Part shown: positions 38,676 through 48,142 of the stretch, piece by piece
Layout: each line of letters begins with the position of its first letter
Position numbering within the stretch: position 1 is the stretch's first letter
DNA from: an uncultured Gammaproteobacteria bacterium
Lineage (GTDB): Bacteria; Patescibacteriota; Patescibacteriia; S139-126
Direction of reading: 5' to 3'
NCBI GenBank assembly: GCA_964493305.1
Contig: CAZBLW010000001.1
Coordinates: forward strand, 241,484 to 305,483
Length of the DNA: 64,000 bases
Program-made: the position numbers and the translations under genes
The notes under the pieces: generated by a model
The model's database searches: none
Seen by the model: only the letters and a program-made list of their open reading frames with translations
Told to the model about the DNA's origin: nothing

Positions 38676-38862
38676 CTACTTTTTGTCAGCCTGTCTCGCC
38701 GACAAGGCGGGCAAAAAGTAGCAAAAAACTGCCGACCAGCGCTGCTGTTCAGGCAAAATTGCCAATCCGCTCACGTACCTCTCAAAATCGCTGACGCTAG
38801 AGTTGAGAGGTATATACCGCTCGCTTCTTGGCAATTTTTCACTTCAGGTACCGGAAGGTCGG
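38676..38862. repeat. nested palindromic miniature element (REP/MITE-like)
   Basis: Helices ctactttttgtc/ggcaaaaagtag, ccgacc/ggtcgg, aaaattgccaa/ttggcaatttt, tacctctcaa/ttgagaggta. Confidence 0.55.
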
Positions 38863-38879
38863 AAAGAAATTATAATTAA

Positions 38880-38910
38880 AAAGCTGTCTTTTTTGACAGC
38901 TAATTTTTTT
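38880..38910. terminator. bidirectional terminator
   Basis: agctgtc-tttttt-gacagct flanked by A and T tracts. Confidence 0.65.
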
Positions 38911-38912
38911 TG

Positions 38913-38985
38913 AGCAGAGAGAGGGATTCGAACTCCTCAACCTTTGTCTTATGAGACAACGCTCTCCCAATTGAGCTATCTCTGC
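38913..38985 (-). pseudogene. degenerate tRNA(CAT), Met/Ile2-like
   Basis: GCAGAGA/TCTCTGC acceptor, GCTC/GAGC D arm, TTCGAAT loop; anticodon arm one nt short, T stem with an extra A, no CCA. Confidence 0.65.
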
Positions 38986-39008
38986 AGTTTTATTAAATTT
39001 TAAATAAA

Positions 39009-39084
39009 GGTGGGGTTGGTAAATGGTAATTTACCAGTAATCTCACAAGGATTATCCATCACTCGCGGAAGATTGTACCCCACC
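39009..39084 (-). ncRNA. 76-nt cloverleaf, tRNA-like RNA without a canonical T-loop
   Basis: GGTGGGGT/ACCCCACC closing stem, TAATC-CTTGTGA-GATTA arm, TGGTAAAT/ATTTACCA arm; downstream of TTGACA-17-TAAGAT (39135-39107). Confidence 0.45.
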
Positions 39085-39201
39085 GGTAAATAATGAACAG
39101 TTTTCTATCTTAAATAATTTGCTAAAATTTGTCAAATTCTAGATTCTAGATTTAAAATTCAATAATATTGGCATTTTACGGTTATCTGTTAAAATAAGAA
39201 T

Positions 39202-39483
39202 ATGATTGATAAAAAACAAATTGACCATTTGGCCAAGTTATCTCGTATAAGTATTGAGTCGGCGGAAATTAAATCATTTCAAAAACAGATTGATGAAATA
39301 TTAAATTTTGTGGCGATTTTACAAAAAGTTGATACTACTGGTATAAAACCTGGTTTTTATTTAGACGAACAGTCGAAAACTCGAACTGATGAAATAAAAG
39401 CATCAGTTGAACAAAAAGATATTTTAGACGCTATGCCACAAGTAGTAGATGGTTTACTTAAAACACCGAAAATATTTTCATGA
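39202..39483 (+). CDS. gatC: Asp/Glu-tRNA amidotransferase subunit C
   Basis: HLAKLSRI, IL.FV..LQKVDT, PKI; precedes gatA. Confidence 0.92.
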   Translation: MIDKKQIDHLAKLSRISIESAEIKSFQKQIDEILNFVAILQKVDTTGIKPGFYLDEQSKTRTDEIKASVEQKDILDAMPQVVDGLLKTPKIFS

Positions 39484-40934
39484 ACTCTAACCCCAAAACA
39501 ATTTTTGATTTGAATAAGGACTTAATCACTAAAAAAATTAGTGCGGTTGAATTATTGGATTTATATAACAAAAAAATTGAAAAAGTTGAAAGTAAAGTGC
39601 AAGCTTTTATAACTTTAGATATAGCATCAGCTAAACAGCAAGCTGTCTTGGTGGATAAAAAAATTGCTAAGGGAGAAAAAATTTCTTTACTGGCTGGCTT
39701 GCCAGCAGGGATCAAAGATGTGTTGATGACCAAAGGTATAAAAACTACGGCTGGTTCAAAAATATTGTCCAAATATCAAGCTGTTTATGATGCCACTGTA
39801 ATAAAAAAATTAAAACAACAGGATTTTGTAATGGTTGGTAAAACCAATTGTGATGAATTTGCCATGGGCTCCAGTACAGAAAATTCTGCTTTTTATCCCA
39901 CAAAAAATCCCCATGATTTAGCTTGTGTGCCTGGTGGTAGTAGTGGCGGAAGTGCGGCGGCGGTGGCAGCTGGTGAAGTGGTTTATTCCTTAGGTACTGA
40001 TACTGGCGGTTCAATTCGTCAACCGGCTGCATTTTGCGGTGTGGTTGGTCTCAAACCCACTTATGGTTTGGTCTCCCGTTTTGGTTTGATTGCTATGGCC
40101 TCTTCACTGGATAGTATTGGACCCTTTACCAACACTGTGGCTGAAGCCGCAGCAGTTTTAAATGGATTAGCTGGTACTGATGAGCTTGATGCCACCACTC
40201 AAAAAGTTACTGTTCCGGACTACCTGGCTAGTATTAAAAAAGATATTAAAGGTAAAAAAATTGGTTTACCCAAAGAATATTTTGTAACCGGTTTGGATAA
40301 AAATATCAAAAAAATCATCATGACTTTAGTTGATAAATTAGCAAACAGCGGAGCAATAATTGAAGAAGTTAGTTTACCTCTGACAGAATATGCCTTACCG
40401 GTTTATTATATTATTATGCCGGCTGAAGTTAGTGCCAATTTAGCCAAATTTGATGGTCTGCGTTTCGGTACCAGAGGTAAGGCTCAGGAAAGTTTATTTG
40501 CTTATTATTCCCAGACTAGAGGAGAAGGTTTTGGTGATGAAGTCAGGCGAAGGGTATTGATAGGAACTTATGTATTGTCAGCCGGTTATGTGGATGCTTA
40601 TTATTTGCAAGCGCAAAAAGTGCGCACAAAAATCTATCAAGATTTTAATAAAGTTTTTTCTCAAGTTGATTTATTGTTAACTCCTACTACCCCGACGACT
40701 GCTTTTAAATTGGGGGAAAAATTAAGTGATCCATTGCAAATGTATTTATCCGACATTTATACAGTTTCAGCAAATTTAGCCGGGCATCCTGGTTTGTCAG
40801 TACCAGTGGGTTCAGTAGACAATTTACCAGTTGGAGTTCAGTTAATGGGACCGCGTTTTACCGAGGATTTATTATTTACCGTGGGCGCGGCTATAGAAAA
40901 GCTTAGAGAACCAATTAAACCGGCGGTGTTATGA
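39480..40934 (+). CDS. gatA: Asp/Glu-tRNA amidotransferase subunit A
   Basis: GKTNCDEFAMGSS, PGGSSGGS, GTDTGGSIRQPA. Confidence 0.98.
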   Translation: MNSNPKTIFDLNKDLITKKISAVELLDLYNKKIEKVESKVQAFITLDIASAKQQAVLVDKKIAKGEKISLLAGLPAGIKDVLMTKGIKTTAGSKILSKYQAVYDATVIKKLKQQDFVMVGKTNCDEFAMGSSTENSAFYPTKNPHDLACVPGGSSGGSAAAVAAGEVVYSLGTDTGGSIRQPAAFCGVVGLKPTYGLVSRFGLIAMASSLDSIGPFTNTVAEAAAVLNGLAGTDELDATTQKVTVPDYLASIKKDIKGKKIGLPKEYFVTGLDKNIKKIIMTLVDKLANSGAIIEEVSLPLTEYALPVYYIIMPAEVSANLAKFDGLRFGTRGKAQESLFAYYSQTRGEGFGDEVRRRVLIGTYVLSAGYVDAYYLQAQKVRTKIYQDFNKVFSQVDLLLTPTTPTTAFKLGEKLSDPLQMYLSDIYTVSANLAGHPGLSVPVGSVDNLPVGVQLMGPRFTEDLLFTVGAAIEKLREPIKPAVL

Positions 40935-41347
40935 TAATATTAGGTATAGTAGCGTTGCTTGTGCTGATAGTGATGGTAGTGGTGGTCGCGGTTAGATCTG
41001 ACCGTGACTATACTGAATTGGATATATCAAAATGGCGTAATGACTGGCAGCAGATCCAGCAATTGGTAGCTACTTCAGAACAGTTTGCCTGGCGACAAGC
41101 AGTGATTGAGGCCGATAGTTTGTTTGATAAATTTTTAAAACACCAAGGTGTGGGTGGTTCTTCGTTTGGTGATAGATTAAAAATTATACAAAGTCGTTAT
41201 CCAGCTTTGCGCCAAGTTTGGCCGGCTCATTTGTTGCGTAACCGTTTGGTGCATGAACACGATTTTGTTTTAAAACAAGCTGAGGCCAAAAAAGCTATCG
41301 TAATTTTTGCTCAAGGTTTCAAAACATTAGGATTAAATTTAAATTAA
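40931..41347 (+). CDS. conserved hypothetical membrane-anchored protein
   Basis: TM, AVIEADSLFD, W.AH..RN.LVHE. Confidence 0.75.
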   Translation: MIILGIVALLVLIVMVVVVAVRSDRDYTELDISKWRNDWQQIQQLVATSEQFAWRQAVIEADSLFDKFLKHQGVGGSSFGDRLKIIQSRYPALRQVWPAHLLRNRLVHEHDFVLKQAEAKKAIVIFAQGFKTLGLNLN

Positions 41348-41351
41348 AAAT

Positions 41352-42332
41352 ATGACCAATAACAACAACCATCCGGACTTGGCTAGTTTACAGTCCAGAA
41401 CCCTGGATTTAATAATTGCCGGCGGGGGACCAGCTGGTATGAGTGCGGCAGTTTATTCTTCTCGGCGCAAATTGGATACTTTAGTAATTACCAATGATAT
41501 TGGTGGTCAAACCAATTGGTCGGCTGAAGTAGAAAATTATTTAGGGTATGAGTTTATGTCTGGTTATGAATTATCACAAAAATTTTATGCCCATGTCAAA
41601 AAAATTGATGATGATAATGCTCTGTTTGATTTGGAATTGCTGGAAAATGACCCAGTTGTAAAAATTGAACCAGAGGATAATGAATTTATCGTAACCACTC
41701 AAAGTAATAAAAAATTTAGGTCACGGTCGGTATTGCTAGCTACTGGTGCCAAACCTCGCAATTTAAATATTCCCGGGGAAAAAGAATTAATTGGTCGTGG
41801 TGTGACCTTTTGTGCCACCTGTGACGGTCCGCTTTATCGGGATAAAACCATAGCAATTATCGGTGGGGGAAATAGCGCTATGGAAGCAGTGTTGTATTTA
41901 ACCAAAATTGTCCGTGCGCTTTATGTAATCAATATCAACGAGAATTTTCGGGGAGAAACTACCTTAGCTGAAGAGATTGCTAAATTAGCCAACGTAACAG
42001 TTAAAAATAATACTGATACTCTGGCCATGGCCGGTACTGGTAAGTTGGAAAAAATTAAAATAAAAAATAAAAAAACTTTACAAGAAGAATGGATTGAGGT
42101 TGACGGTGTATTTGAAGAAATTGGTTATGAACCCAACAGCGGCCCTTTTGCTAACTTGGTAAAATTGAATCAAAAAGGCGAGATTATCATTGATGAGAGA
42201 AATCGTACTTCAGTGCCTGGTATATTTGCCGCTGGTGATGTATCCAGTGTAACGCAAAAGCAGATAATCATTGCCGCTGGCGAAGGTGCCAAGGCGGTAC
42301 TGGAAATATATAATTATTTATTACCAAAATAA
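41352..42332 (+). CDS. trxB: thioredoxin reductase
   Basis: GGGPAG, CATCDG, GGGNSA, FAAGD. Confidence 0.93.
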   Translation: MTNNNNHPDLASLQSRTLDLIIAGGGPAGMSAAVYSSRRKLDTLVITNDIGGQTNWSAEVENYLGYEFMSGYELSQKFYAHVKKIDDDNALFDLELLENDPVVKIEPEDNEFIVTTQSNKKFRSRSVLLATGAKPRNLNIPGEKELIGRGVTFCATCDGPLYRDKTIAIIGGGNSAMEAVLYLTKIVRALYVININENFRGETTLAEEIAKLANVTVKNNTDTLAMAGTGKLEKIKIKNKKTLQEEWIEVDGVFEEIGYEPNSGPFANLVKLNQKGEIIIDERNRTSVPGIFAAGDVSSVTQKQIIIAAGEGAKAVLEIYNYLLPK

Positions 42333-42706
42333 TGTCTAAAAAAACAGTTGCTATTGTTGGTGCTTCACGCGACGCCAAAAAATATTCGCACAAGGCAGTT
42401 AAAGCATTTTTGAATAGTGGTTACAAAGTTTATCCCATCAATCCGCACGCCTCAAAAATAAACGATTTGTATTGTTATGCTGATATTGAAGATTTGCCAG
42501 AAACAGTTGACGAAATAAGTATTTATTTGCCACCATATCTAACTATTGGGGTATTGCAATCACTAATTGATTATCCAGTAAAAAAGATATATTTAAACCC
42601 AGGTAGTGCTGATGATATAGTTAGAAGTATGGCTGATAAGTTACAGTTGCCAATTGTGGAAGCATGCAGTATTCGCAGTCAGGGACAGGATCCGGATGTG
42701 TTATAA
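42332..42706 (+). CDS. CoA-binding domain protein
   Basis: VAIVGAS, VYPINP, NPG, C-terminal Cys. Confidence 0.85.
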   Translation: MSKKTVAIVGASRDAKKYSHKAVKAFLNSGYKVYPINPHASKINDLYCYADIEDLPETVDEISIYLPPYLTIGVLQSLIDYPVKKIYLNPGSADDIVRSMADKLQLPIVEACSIRSQGQDPDVL

Positions 42707-42742
42707 TAAAAATTATAAATTATAAATTTTAAATTATAAAAT

Positions 42743-43351
42743 ATGACCAATAAAACAAATCTTTTTTTTATCATTGCCGGGGTAATAGTAGTTATCGGCG
42801 GTATTGGTATCTGGTTGAGTATGGGAAGTGCGCCTACTTATGAAAATGTTGCTAGTGAGCGACCTTTTAAAGGTGGGGCTGAAGCAACAGTAGTAGTTGA
42901 AGAATTTTCTGATTTTCAATGTCCGGCATGCAAAGCAGCACAGGATACAGTTAAACAAATAGTCAATGAATACGGCGATAGAATTAAACTTGAATTTAAA
43001 CATTTTCCCCTAACTACCATCCACCCTCAAGCTTTCAGGGCGGCACTGGCCTCTGAATGTGCCAATGACCAAGGCAAATTTTGGGAATATCATGATTTAT
43101 TGTTTATGAACCAACCCAGTTTTTCTCCCAGTGAACTGGTTTCCTATGCTGAAGGATTGGGTTTGAATACAGAATCATTCTCAGCTTGTCTTGATAGTCG
43201 GGCCAAAAATGATGTAGTCAGGGCTGATATGGATGAAGGTAAAAGTAGACAAATTAATGCCACTCCTACTTTTTTTGTGAACGGACAAATTGTTCAAAAT
43301 TGGACACAATTAAGTGATATAATCTCCGCCGCGTTGGGAGAACAAAATTAA
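42743..43351 (+). CDS. dsbA: DsbA-family thiol-disulfide oxidoreductase
   Basis: EFSDFQCPAC, KHFPL, ATPTFFVNG. Confidence 0.9.
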   Translation: MTNKTNLFFIIAGVIVVIGGIGIWLSMGSAPTYENVASERPFKGGAEATVVVEEFSDFQCPACKAAQDTVKQIVNEYGDRIKLEFKHFPLTTIHPQAFRAALASECANDQGKFWEYHDLLFMNQPSFSPSELVSYAEGLGLNTESFSACLDSRAKNDVVRADMDEGKSRQINATPTFFVNGQIVQNWTQLSDIISAALGEQN

Positions 43352-43422
43352 TTTTAAATTTTCAATTATAAATTATAAAGATATTTTTAAAATTTATAAT
43401 TTATAATTAATAATTCTCAAAA

Positions 43423-44220
43423 ATGTTTTCCTGGTTACATAGTTATGTGCCATCTCCGATTTTAGTAGATTTTGGAATTATCCAAATACATTGGTACGGG
43501 TTATTGATGCTTTTTAGTATACTAGTAGCTTTTTTTGTTTTATATAAAAAAGCTGAAATTTTTTCTTTAACCAGGGAGCAAGTTTGGGATTTGTTATTTT
43601 GGTTGGTAATTGGTGGTCTGTTGGGAGCTAGGATTTATGAAGTATTATTGGTTGAACCAAGTTTTTATTTTTCTCACCCCGTACAGATTGTAAAAGTTTG
43701 GCAGGGAGGGCTAGCAATTCATGGTGCTTGGCTGGGGGGACTAATTGTTTTGTGGTTATATAGTAGAAAATGGAAAATTGCTTTGGGAAAATTGACTGAC
43801 GCTATAGCATTTGTTTTACCTTTGGGACAAGCCATTGGTCGTTGGGGCAATTATTTCAATCAGGAGTTGTATGGATTGCCGACTAATTTACCTTGGGGTA
43901 TACCAATAAATCCGATTAATCGTTTAGTGGAATATTCATCATTTAACTATTTTCACCCCACGTATTTGTATGAATCAATTGGAAATTTTTTTATATTTTT
44001 TATTTTATTGTGGTTGATTGGCAAAAAAAGATTTGTTGGTCAAATTACTCTAGTATATTTGGGCCTTTATTCGTTGTTGCGACTGATTTTAGAGTTTATC
44101 CGACTGGATCCAGCACTTATGATATATGGCCTCCGCTGGCCAATTATATTTAGTTTGTTATCAATTTTGCTAGTTATAATTTTATATTTTAAATTATATC
44201 TTCAGCACGCAAAGTCTTGA
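43423..44220 (+). CDS. lgt: prolipoprotein diacylglyceryl transferase
   Basis: IHWYG, GARIY, GGLAIHG, GRWGNYFNQELYG, HPTYLYE. Confidence 0.95.
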   Translation: MFSWLHSYVPSPILVDFGIIQIHWYGLLMLFSILVAFFVLYKKAEIFSLTREQVWDLLFWLVIGGLLGARIYEVLLVEPSFYFSHPVQIVKVWQGGLAIHGAWLGGLIVLWLYSRKWKIALGKLTDAIAFVLPLGQAIGRWGNYFNQELYGLPTNLPWGIPINPINRLVEYSSFNYFHPTYLYESIGNFFIFFILLWLIGKKRFVGQITLVYLGLYSLLRLILEFIRLDPALMIYGLRWPIIFSLLSILLVIILYFKLYLQHAKS

Positions 44221-44269
44221 TTTATTTATTGTTTAGAGTATAATAGTTTTATTGCCTTTTATAATTTAC

Positions 44270-44346
44270 GGGGTCGTAGTTCAGTTGGTTAGAACGCCTG
44301 CCTGTCACGCAGGAGGTCGAGGGTTCGAGTCCCTTCGGCCCCGCCA
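44270..44346 (+). tRNA. tRNA-Asp(GTC)
   Basis: Full cloverleaf, CCTGC-CTGTCAC-GCAGG, TTCGAGT, CCA. Confidence 0.97.
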
Positions 44347-44349
44347 TTA

Positions 44350-44535
44350 AAAAAACTTTAACTTTCATTAAGGTTTTTTTAATACCTGCGTTGCAGGTAT
44401 GGACTCGAAGGGTACTGAAAAAATATGAACAGTTTCATAATTTTTCTGACCCAGGCTTTGGAGGAGAAGCGAAGCCTGCGACAAAGTCGCGTGCTGAGCT
44501 TCGGGGGAAAAGGAGTCCCTTCGGCCCCGCCATTA
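44350..44535 (+). mobile_element. 186-bp non-coding element ending in a duplicate of the tRNA-Asp 3' end
   Basis: gagtcccttcggccccgccatta at 44327-44349 and 44513-44535; internal hairpins. Confidence 0.6.
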
Positions 44536-44578
44536 TTAAATCGCCCATTTGGCGATTTTTTTGCTATAATAAATAACA

Positions 44579-45787
44579 ATGAGTAAAAAATTATTACTAT
44601 TATTATTAGTTTTTGCCTTTTTACCTATACAAGAACTAAAAGCGGCCGATGATTTGACAACTAGACTTTCAGGACGAATCTTGTTGCAAGTGGAAAGTTA
44701 TGGTCGAGCTTGGTATGTGGATCCTATTAGTATGTCTAGATATTATTTGCGTGATGGCGAAGAAGCATTTACTATCATGCGTTCGCTGGGACTAGGTATA
44801 ACCAATAAAGATTTAGCCAAACTTCCAACTAAAAAAGGCGAGTTGGGTGATCAAAAATTAATCCAGAGATTAAAAGGGCGGATTTTGTTGCAAGTGGAAA
44901 ATCATGGGGAAGCCTGGTATGTAAATCCAGTGGATGGACTGCGATATTATTTGCCCAATCGAGAAGCGGCTTTTAATATGTTGCGGCAATTCGGTTTAGG
45001 CATAAATAATGACAATTTACGATCAATTACAATGAATTCAAAACAAATTGCCCATGATACTACATTCAATGATGTGGCTTATGTTCGTTATGACGGTAAA
45101 AATTTTAGCCAAGGTTATAATGCTGATATTATTTTACCACCGGCTAGTTTGACTAAACTGATGACCGCCTTGGTTTTACTTGATTTAAATCCTGACTGGC
45201 AAAAAATTATTACTATCACTTCAGAGCAACTTGATTATCCTAAAAGCTTAGTGGGTGAAGATGTCACTAGTGAAGTTGATTTACAAACAGGGGATAGATT
45301 AACATTTTATGATTTATGGTTGGCAATGCTGATTGCTTCATCCAATCAAGCCACCGTGGCTTTAGTAGATAATTCTGGCCTGTCACGCATTGAATTTATC
45401 ACTGCGATGAATAAAAAAGCCACAGATTTGGGATTAGCTAAAACTTTATTTTTTGATATGACCGGTCTTAATGCTCACAATGTCACCACTGCTAAAGAAA
45501 TGGCCCAGCTCGCATTTTTAGCTTTTAGTAAAAATAATATTATTACAGCCAGCCAGGTTAAAGATTATGTAGCCCAAGTCAGAGATACTAGTGAGCAAAT
45601 TCGACAAGTAAAAATAGTGGATCGTAACTATAGTTTACAAAATTTTACCCCAGTGGCAGCTAAAACCGGGTTTTTGGTCGAAGCCCAACGCACAGTAGTA
45701 CTGAAAAAGAATGATATAATTGTTTGTGTATTACATGCTTTAAGTATGGAACAAAGAAATAATATCATCAAAAAATTATTAGAATAA
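44579..45787 (+). CDS. D-alanyl-D-alanine carboxypeptidase (S11) with N-terminal repeats
   Basis: SLTK, SSN, KTG motifs; two L.GRILLQVE..G.AWYV.P repeats. Confidence 0.88.
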   Translation: MSKKLLLLLLVFAFLPIQELKAADDLTTRLSGRILLQVESYGRAWYVDPISMSRYYLRDGEEAFTIMRSLGLGITNKDLAKLPTKKGELGDQKLIQRLKGRILLQVENHGEAWYVNPVDGLRYYLPNREAAFNMLRQFGLGINNDNLRSITMNSKQIAHDTTFNDVAYVRYDGKNFSQGYNADIILPPASLTKLMTALVLLDLNPDWQKIITITSEQLDYPKSLVGEDVTSEVDLQTGDRLTFYDLWLAMLIASSNQATVALVDNSGLSRIEFITAMNKKATDLGLAKTLFFDMTGLNAHNVTTAKEMAQLAFLAFSKNNIITASQVKDYVAQVRDTSEQIRQVKIVDRNYSLQNFTPVAAKTGFLVEAQRTVVLKKNDIIVCVLHALSMEQRNNIIKKLLE

Positions 45788-45790
45788 ATT

Positions 45791-45982
45791 ATGGATCATA
45801 AAAAAGCTGCCAAAGTTTTAATAAAATTGTTAGAAAAACCAAAATTTTCCCCTGGAGAAAAACAAGCCTTACTTACCGCTATTGGGGTTTTAAGTTGGAC
45901 CAGTTTAGCCCAAAGCCGTCTAAAAAATAAAAAAAATTTATCAAAATATAATGATAGCAAATTTAAAAAACAAAATATTTAA
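45791..45982 (+). CDS. small hypothetical protein
   Basis: 63-aa ORF packed in the operon. Confidence 0.6.
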   Translation: MDHKKAAKVLIKLLEKPKFSPGEKQALLTAIGVLSWTSLAQSRLKNKKNLSKYNDSKFKKQNI

Positions 45983-46427
45983 CTACGCCATATTGGTAAA
46001 ATTGTTAGATGGTATCTTGGGTTCGCTAGCTGGTATAACTGTTTATTTTGTAAATAAAGAAAGTGTGACCAATTTTATCTATTGGTTGTTTCAACATGAA
46101 TTGACTGAAGACCCGGCAGATTTTTTAATCAATAAAGTTTTTGCTTGGCTGAATATATTATCTCTATCTACCCAGACTTTTATCGCGGTATATTTGTTGT
46201 TCAATGGCGTCCTAAAAATATTCTTGATGACCATGTTATTGAAAAATAAATTATGGGCCTATCCGGTTACTGGGTATCTAATGATTTTTATGGTGGTTTA
46301 TCAAATTTACAGAATTTTTTATAGTCATTCTTGGGTGTTGATCGTTTTGACTATAGTGGACATGATAATCATTTATTTAATCTTCAATCAACATAAAAAA
46401 AAGTTGTCCAAGCAAGGTGTATTGTAA
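45951..46427 (+). CDS. DUF2127-like membrane protein
   Basis: K..DG, HELTEDP.D, KLWAYP, YQIYR, LT..D. Confidence 0.75.
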   Translation: MIANLKNKIFNYAILVKLLDGILGSLAGITVYFVNKESVTNFIYWLFQHELTEDPADFLINKVFAWLNILSLSTQTFIAVYLLFNGVLKIFLMTMLLKNKLWAYPVTGYLMIFMVVYQIYRIFYSHSWVLIVLTIVDMIIIYLIFNQHKKKLSKQGVL

Positions 46428-46454
46428 AGATATTTTTTTTGCTATAATTATACT

Positions 46455-46811
46455 ATGCAAATAAGAAAACAGTTGTTATCATTTGTAGTTTTAAGTGCCA
46501 TGTTTATACCCTTAGCGACCTTGGCTCAGGTTGATTTTGGCTTGGGATATGGATCAGCTATTGGTCTGGGTACTAGGGATATCAGGGAAACTATTGCTAG
46601 AATTATCAATATAGCCCTTGGTATCTTGGGGCTTTTAATGGTACTTATAATAATTTACGGCGTAGTGGGAGCAGCTAGTGGTTACGGAACTGACCGGGGA
46701 GAAACCGCTAGAAAAACTATTGCCGCTGGTGTGATAGGACTTTTGATTATTGTAGTGGCTTATGCTCTTAGCACGTTTGTCTTTAGAGTAATTTTAGACT
46801 CCACTTCCTAA
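46455..46811 (+). CDS. TrbC/VirB2-like pilin-family membrane protein
   Basis: Signal peptide, IARIINIALGILG, ARKTI..GVIGLLII. Confidence 0.75.
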   Translation: MQIRKQLLSFVVLSAMFIPLATLAQVDFGLGYGSAIGLGTRDIRETIARIINIALGILGLLMVLIIIYGVVGAASGYGTDRGETARKTIAAGVIGLLIIVVAYALSTFVFRVILDSTS

Positions 46812-46819
46812 ATTTTACT

Positions 46820-47626
46820 ATGCGAAAAATTACCAAGAAAGTAGGTTTGGCTTTGGGTAGTGGTGGTGTCAAAGGGTTAGCTCATGTGGGGGTGATAAAG
46901 ACTTTGCTTAAACATCAAATTCCCATAGATTTTATAGCTGGATCAAGTATTGGCGCCTGGGTGGCGTGTTTTTTTGGTTTGTTTCAAGATATAGATAAGT
47001 TAGCAGATTATACCGTCAATAAACGTCGGGATAAGTTTTATATATTTTTAGAACCAACCTTGCAGGGTGGACTTATAAAGGGTGATAAATTGGAAAAATT
47101 GTTGGACCAGTGGTTTGTTGGCGCCAATTTTTCTGATACTAAAATTCCGGTGGCAGTTACGGCCACTGATTTGATTAGTACTAAGACCGTGGTTTTGAAT
47201 TCCGGTCCAATGGCCAAAGCTGTCAGGGCTAGTATGTCCATACCCACCTTGTTTAAACCAGTGACCATGGGCGAGCAGTTATTGATTGATGGTGGTTCTA
47301 GTAGTCCAGTACCTGATGATGTAGTCAGAAATATGGGTGCTGATATTGTGATTAGTATAAATCTGGATAATTATGAAAAATATCGACCAGTGGAGTTGAC
47401 TGACTATTCTTTTAAACAAGTGGCTAACCGGAGTTTGGATATCATGCGTCACCATTTGGCAAAATATTCTTTGCAAAGTTCGGATTTAGTTTTAGCACCA
47501 ACTTTTCCCACAATTGGTTTTTCCAGTTGGCGAAGTTATTTCCAAGAAGAGATTGGGGAAGAAATCGTCAGAATTGGCGAAGTAGAAATGGAAAAAAATA
47601 TTGAGTCGCTTTTGCGTTTATTGTAA
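46820..47626 (+). CDS. patatin-like phospholipase
   Basis: GSGGVKG, GSSIG, ASMSIP, DGG. Confidence 0.93.
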   Translation: MRKITKKVGLALGSGGVKGLAHVGVIKTLLKHQIPIDFIAGSSIGAWVACFFGLFQDIDKLADYTVNKRRDKFYIFLEPTLQGGLIKGDKLEKLLDQWFVGANFSDTKIPVAVTATDLISTKTVVLNSGPMAKAVRASMSIPTLFKPVTMGEQLLIDGGSSSPVPDDVVRNMGADIVISINLDNYEKYRPVELTDYSFKQVANRSLDIMRHHLAKYSLQSSDLVLAPTFPTIGFSSWRSYFQEEIGEEIVRIGEVEMEKNIESLLRLL

Positions 47627-47646
47627 ATTTAACCTAAGATTTAGGT

Positions 47647-48138
47647 ATGATTAGCGCACCAGTACAAGACAATGAACAAGCCAGGCTCGTAGCTGTTTAT
47701 GGTTTAAATATTTTGGATACTCAGCCTGAACCGAGGTTTGACGATATTACCAAACAAGCCTGTGAAAATTTTTCCGTGCCTATTTCGACAATTTCTATAA
47801 TTGATGGTCAGCGCGAATGGTTCAAATCTTGTCAGGGAATAGATGTGCGCGAAGGAGCGAGAGATATATCTTTTTGCGGACACGCTATGTATGCCGACTA
47901 TGTTTTTGTGGTTGAAGATACTTGGCAGGACCCGCGTTTTTTTGATAATCCTTATGTCAAAGGCAAGCCATTTATCAGGTTTTATGCTGGAGTGGCTTTA
48001 CGCGAAATTAATTCACGTTTACCAGTTGGGGTTTTATGTATAAAAGATAATAAACCTAGAAAATTTACTTTGGATGATATTGCTGCCCTGATTGATTTAG
48101 CAAAACAAGCAGAGCTTGAATTAAATAAACAAGTGTAG
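47647..48138 (+). CDS. stand-alone GAF domain protein
   Basis: ILDT.PE.RFD, RDISFCGH, DPRF.DNP.V, RFYAG. Confidence 0.9.
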   Translation: MISAPVQDNEQARLVAVYGLNILDTQPEPRFDDITKQACENFSVPISTISIIDGQREWFKSCQGIDVREGARDISFCGHAMYADYVFVVEDTWQDPRFFDNPYVKGKPFIRFYAGVALREINSRLPVGVLCIKDNKPRKFTLDDIAALIDLAKQAELELNKQV

Positions 48139-48142
48139 CTTT

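Noticed and set aside
44327-44535. Prophage or genomic island attL/attR
   Set aside because: Only 186 bp between repeats and no integrase nearby; ORFs 44379-44579 and 44391-44576 look spurious
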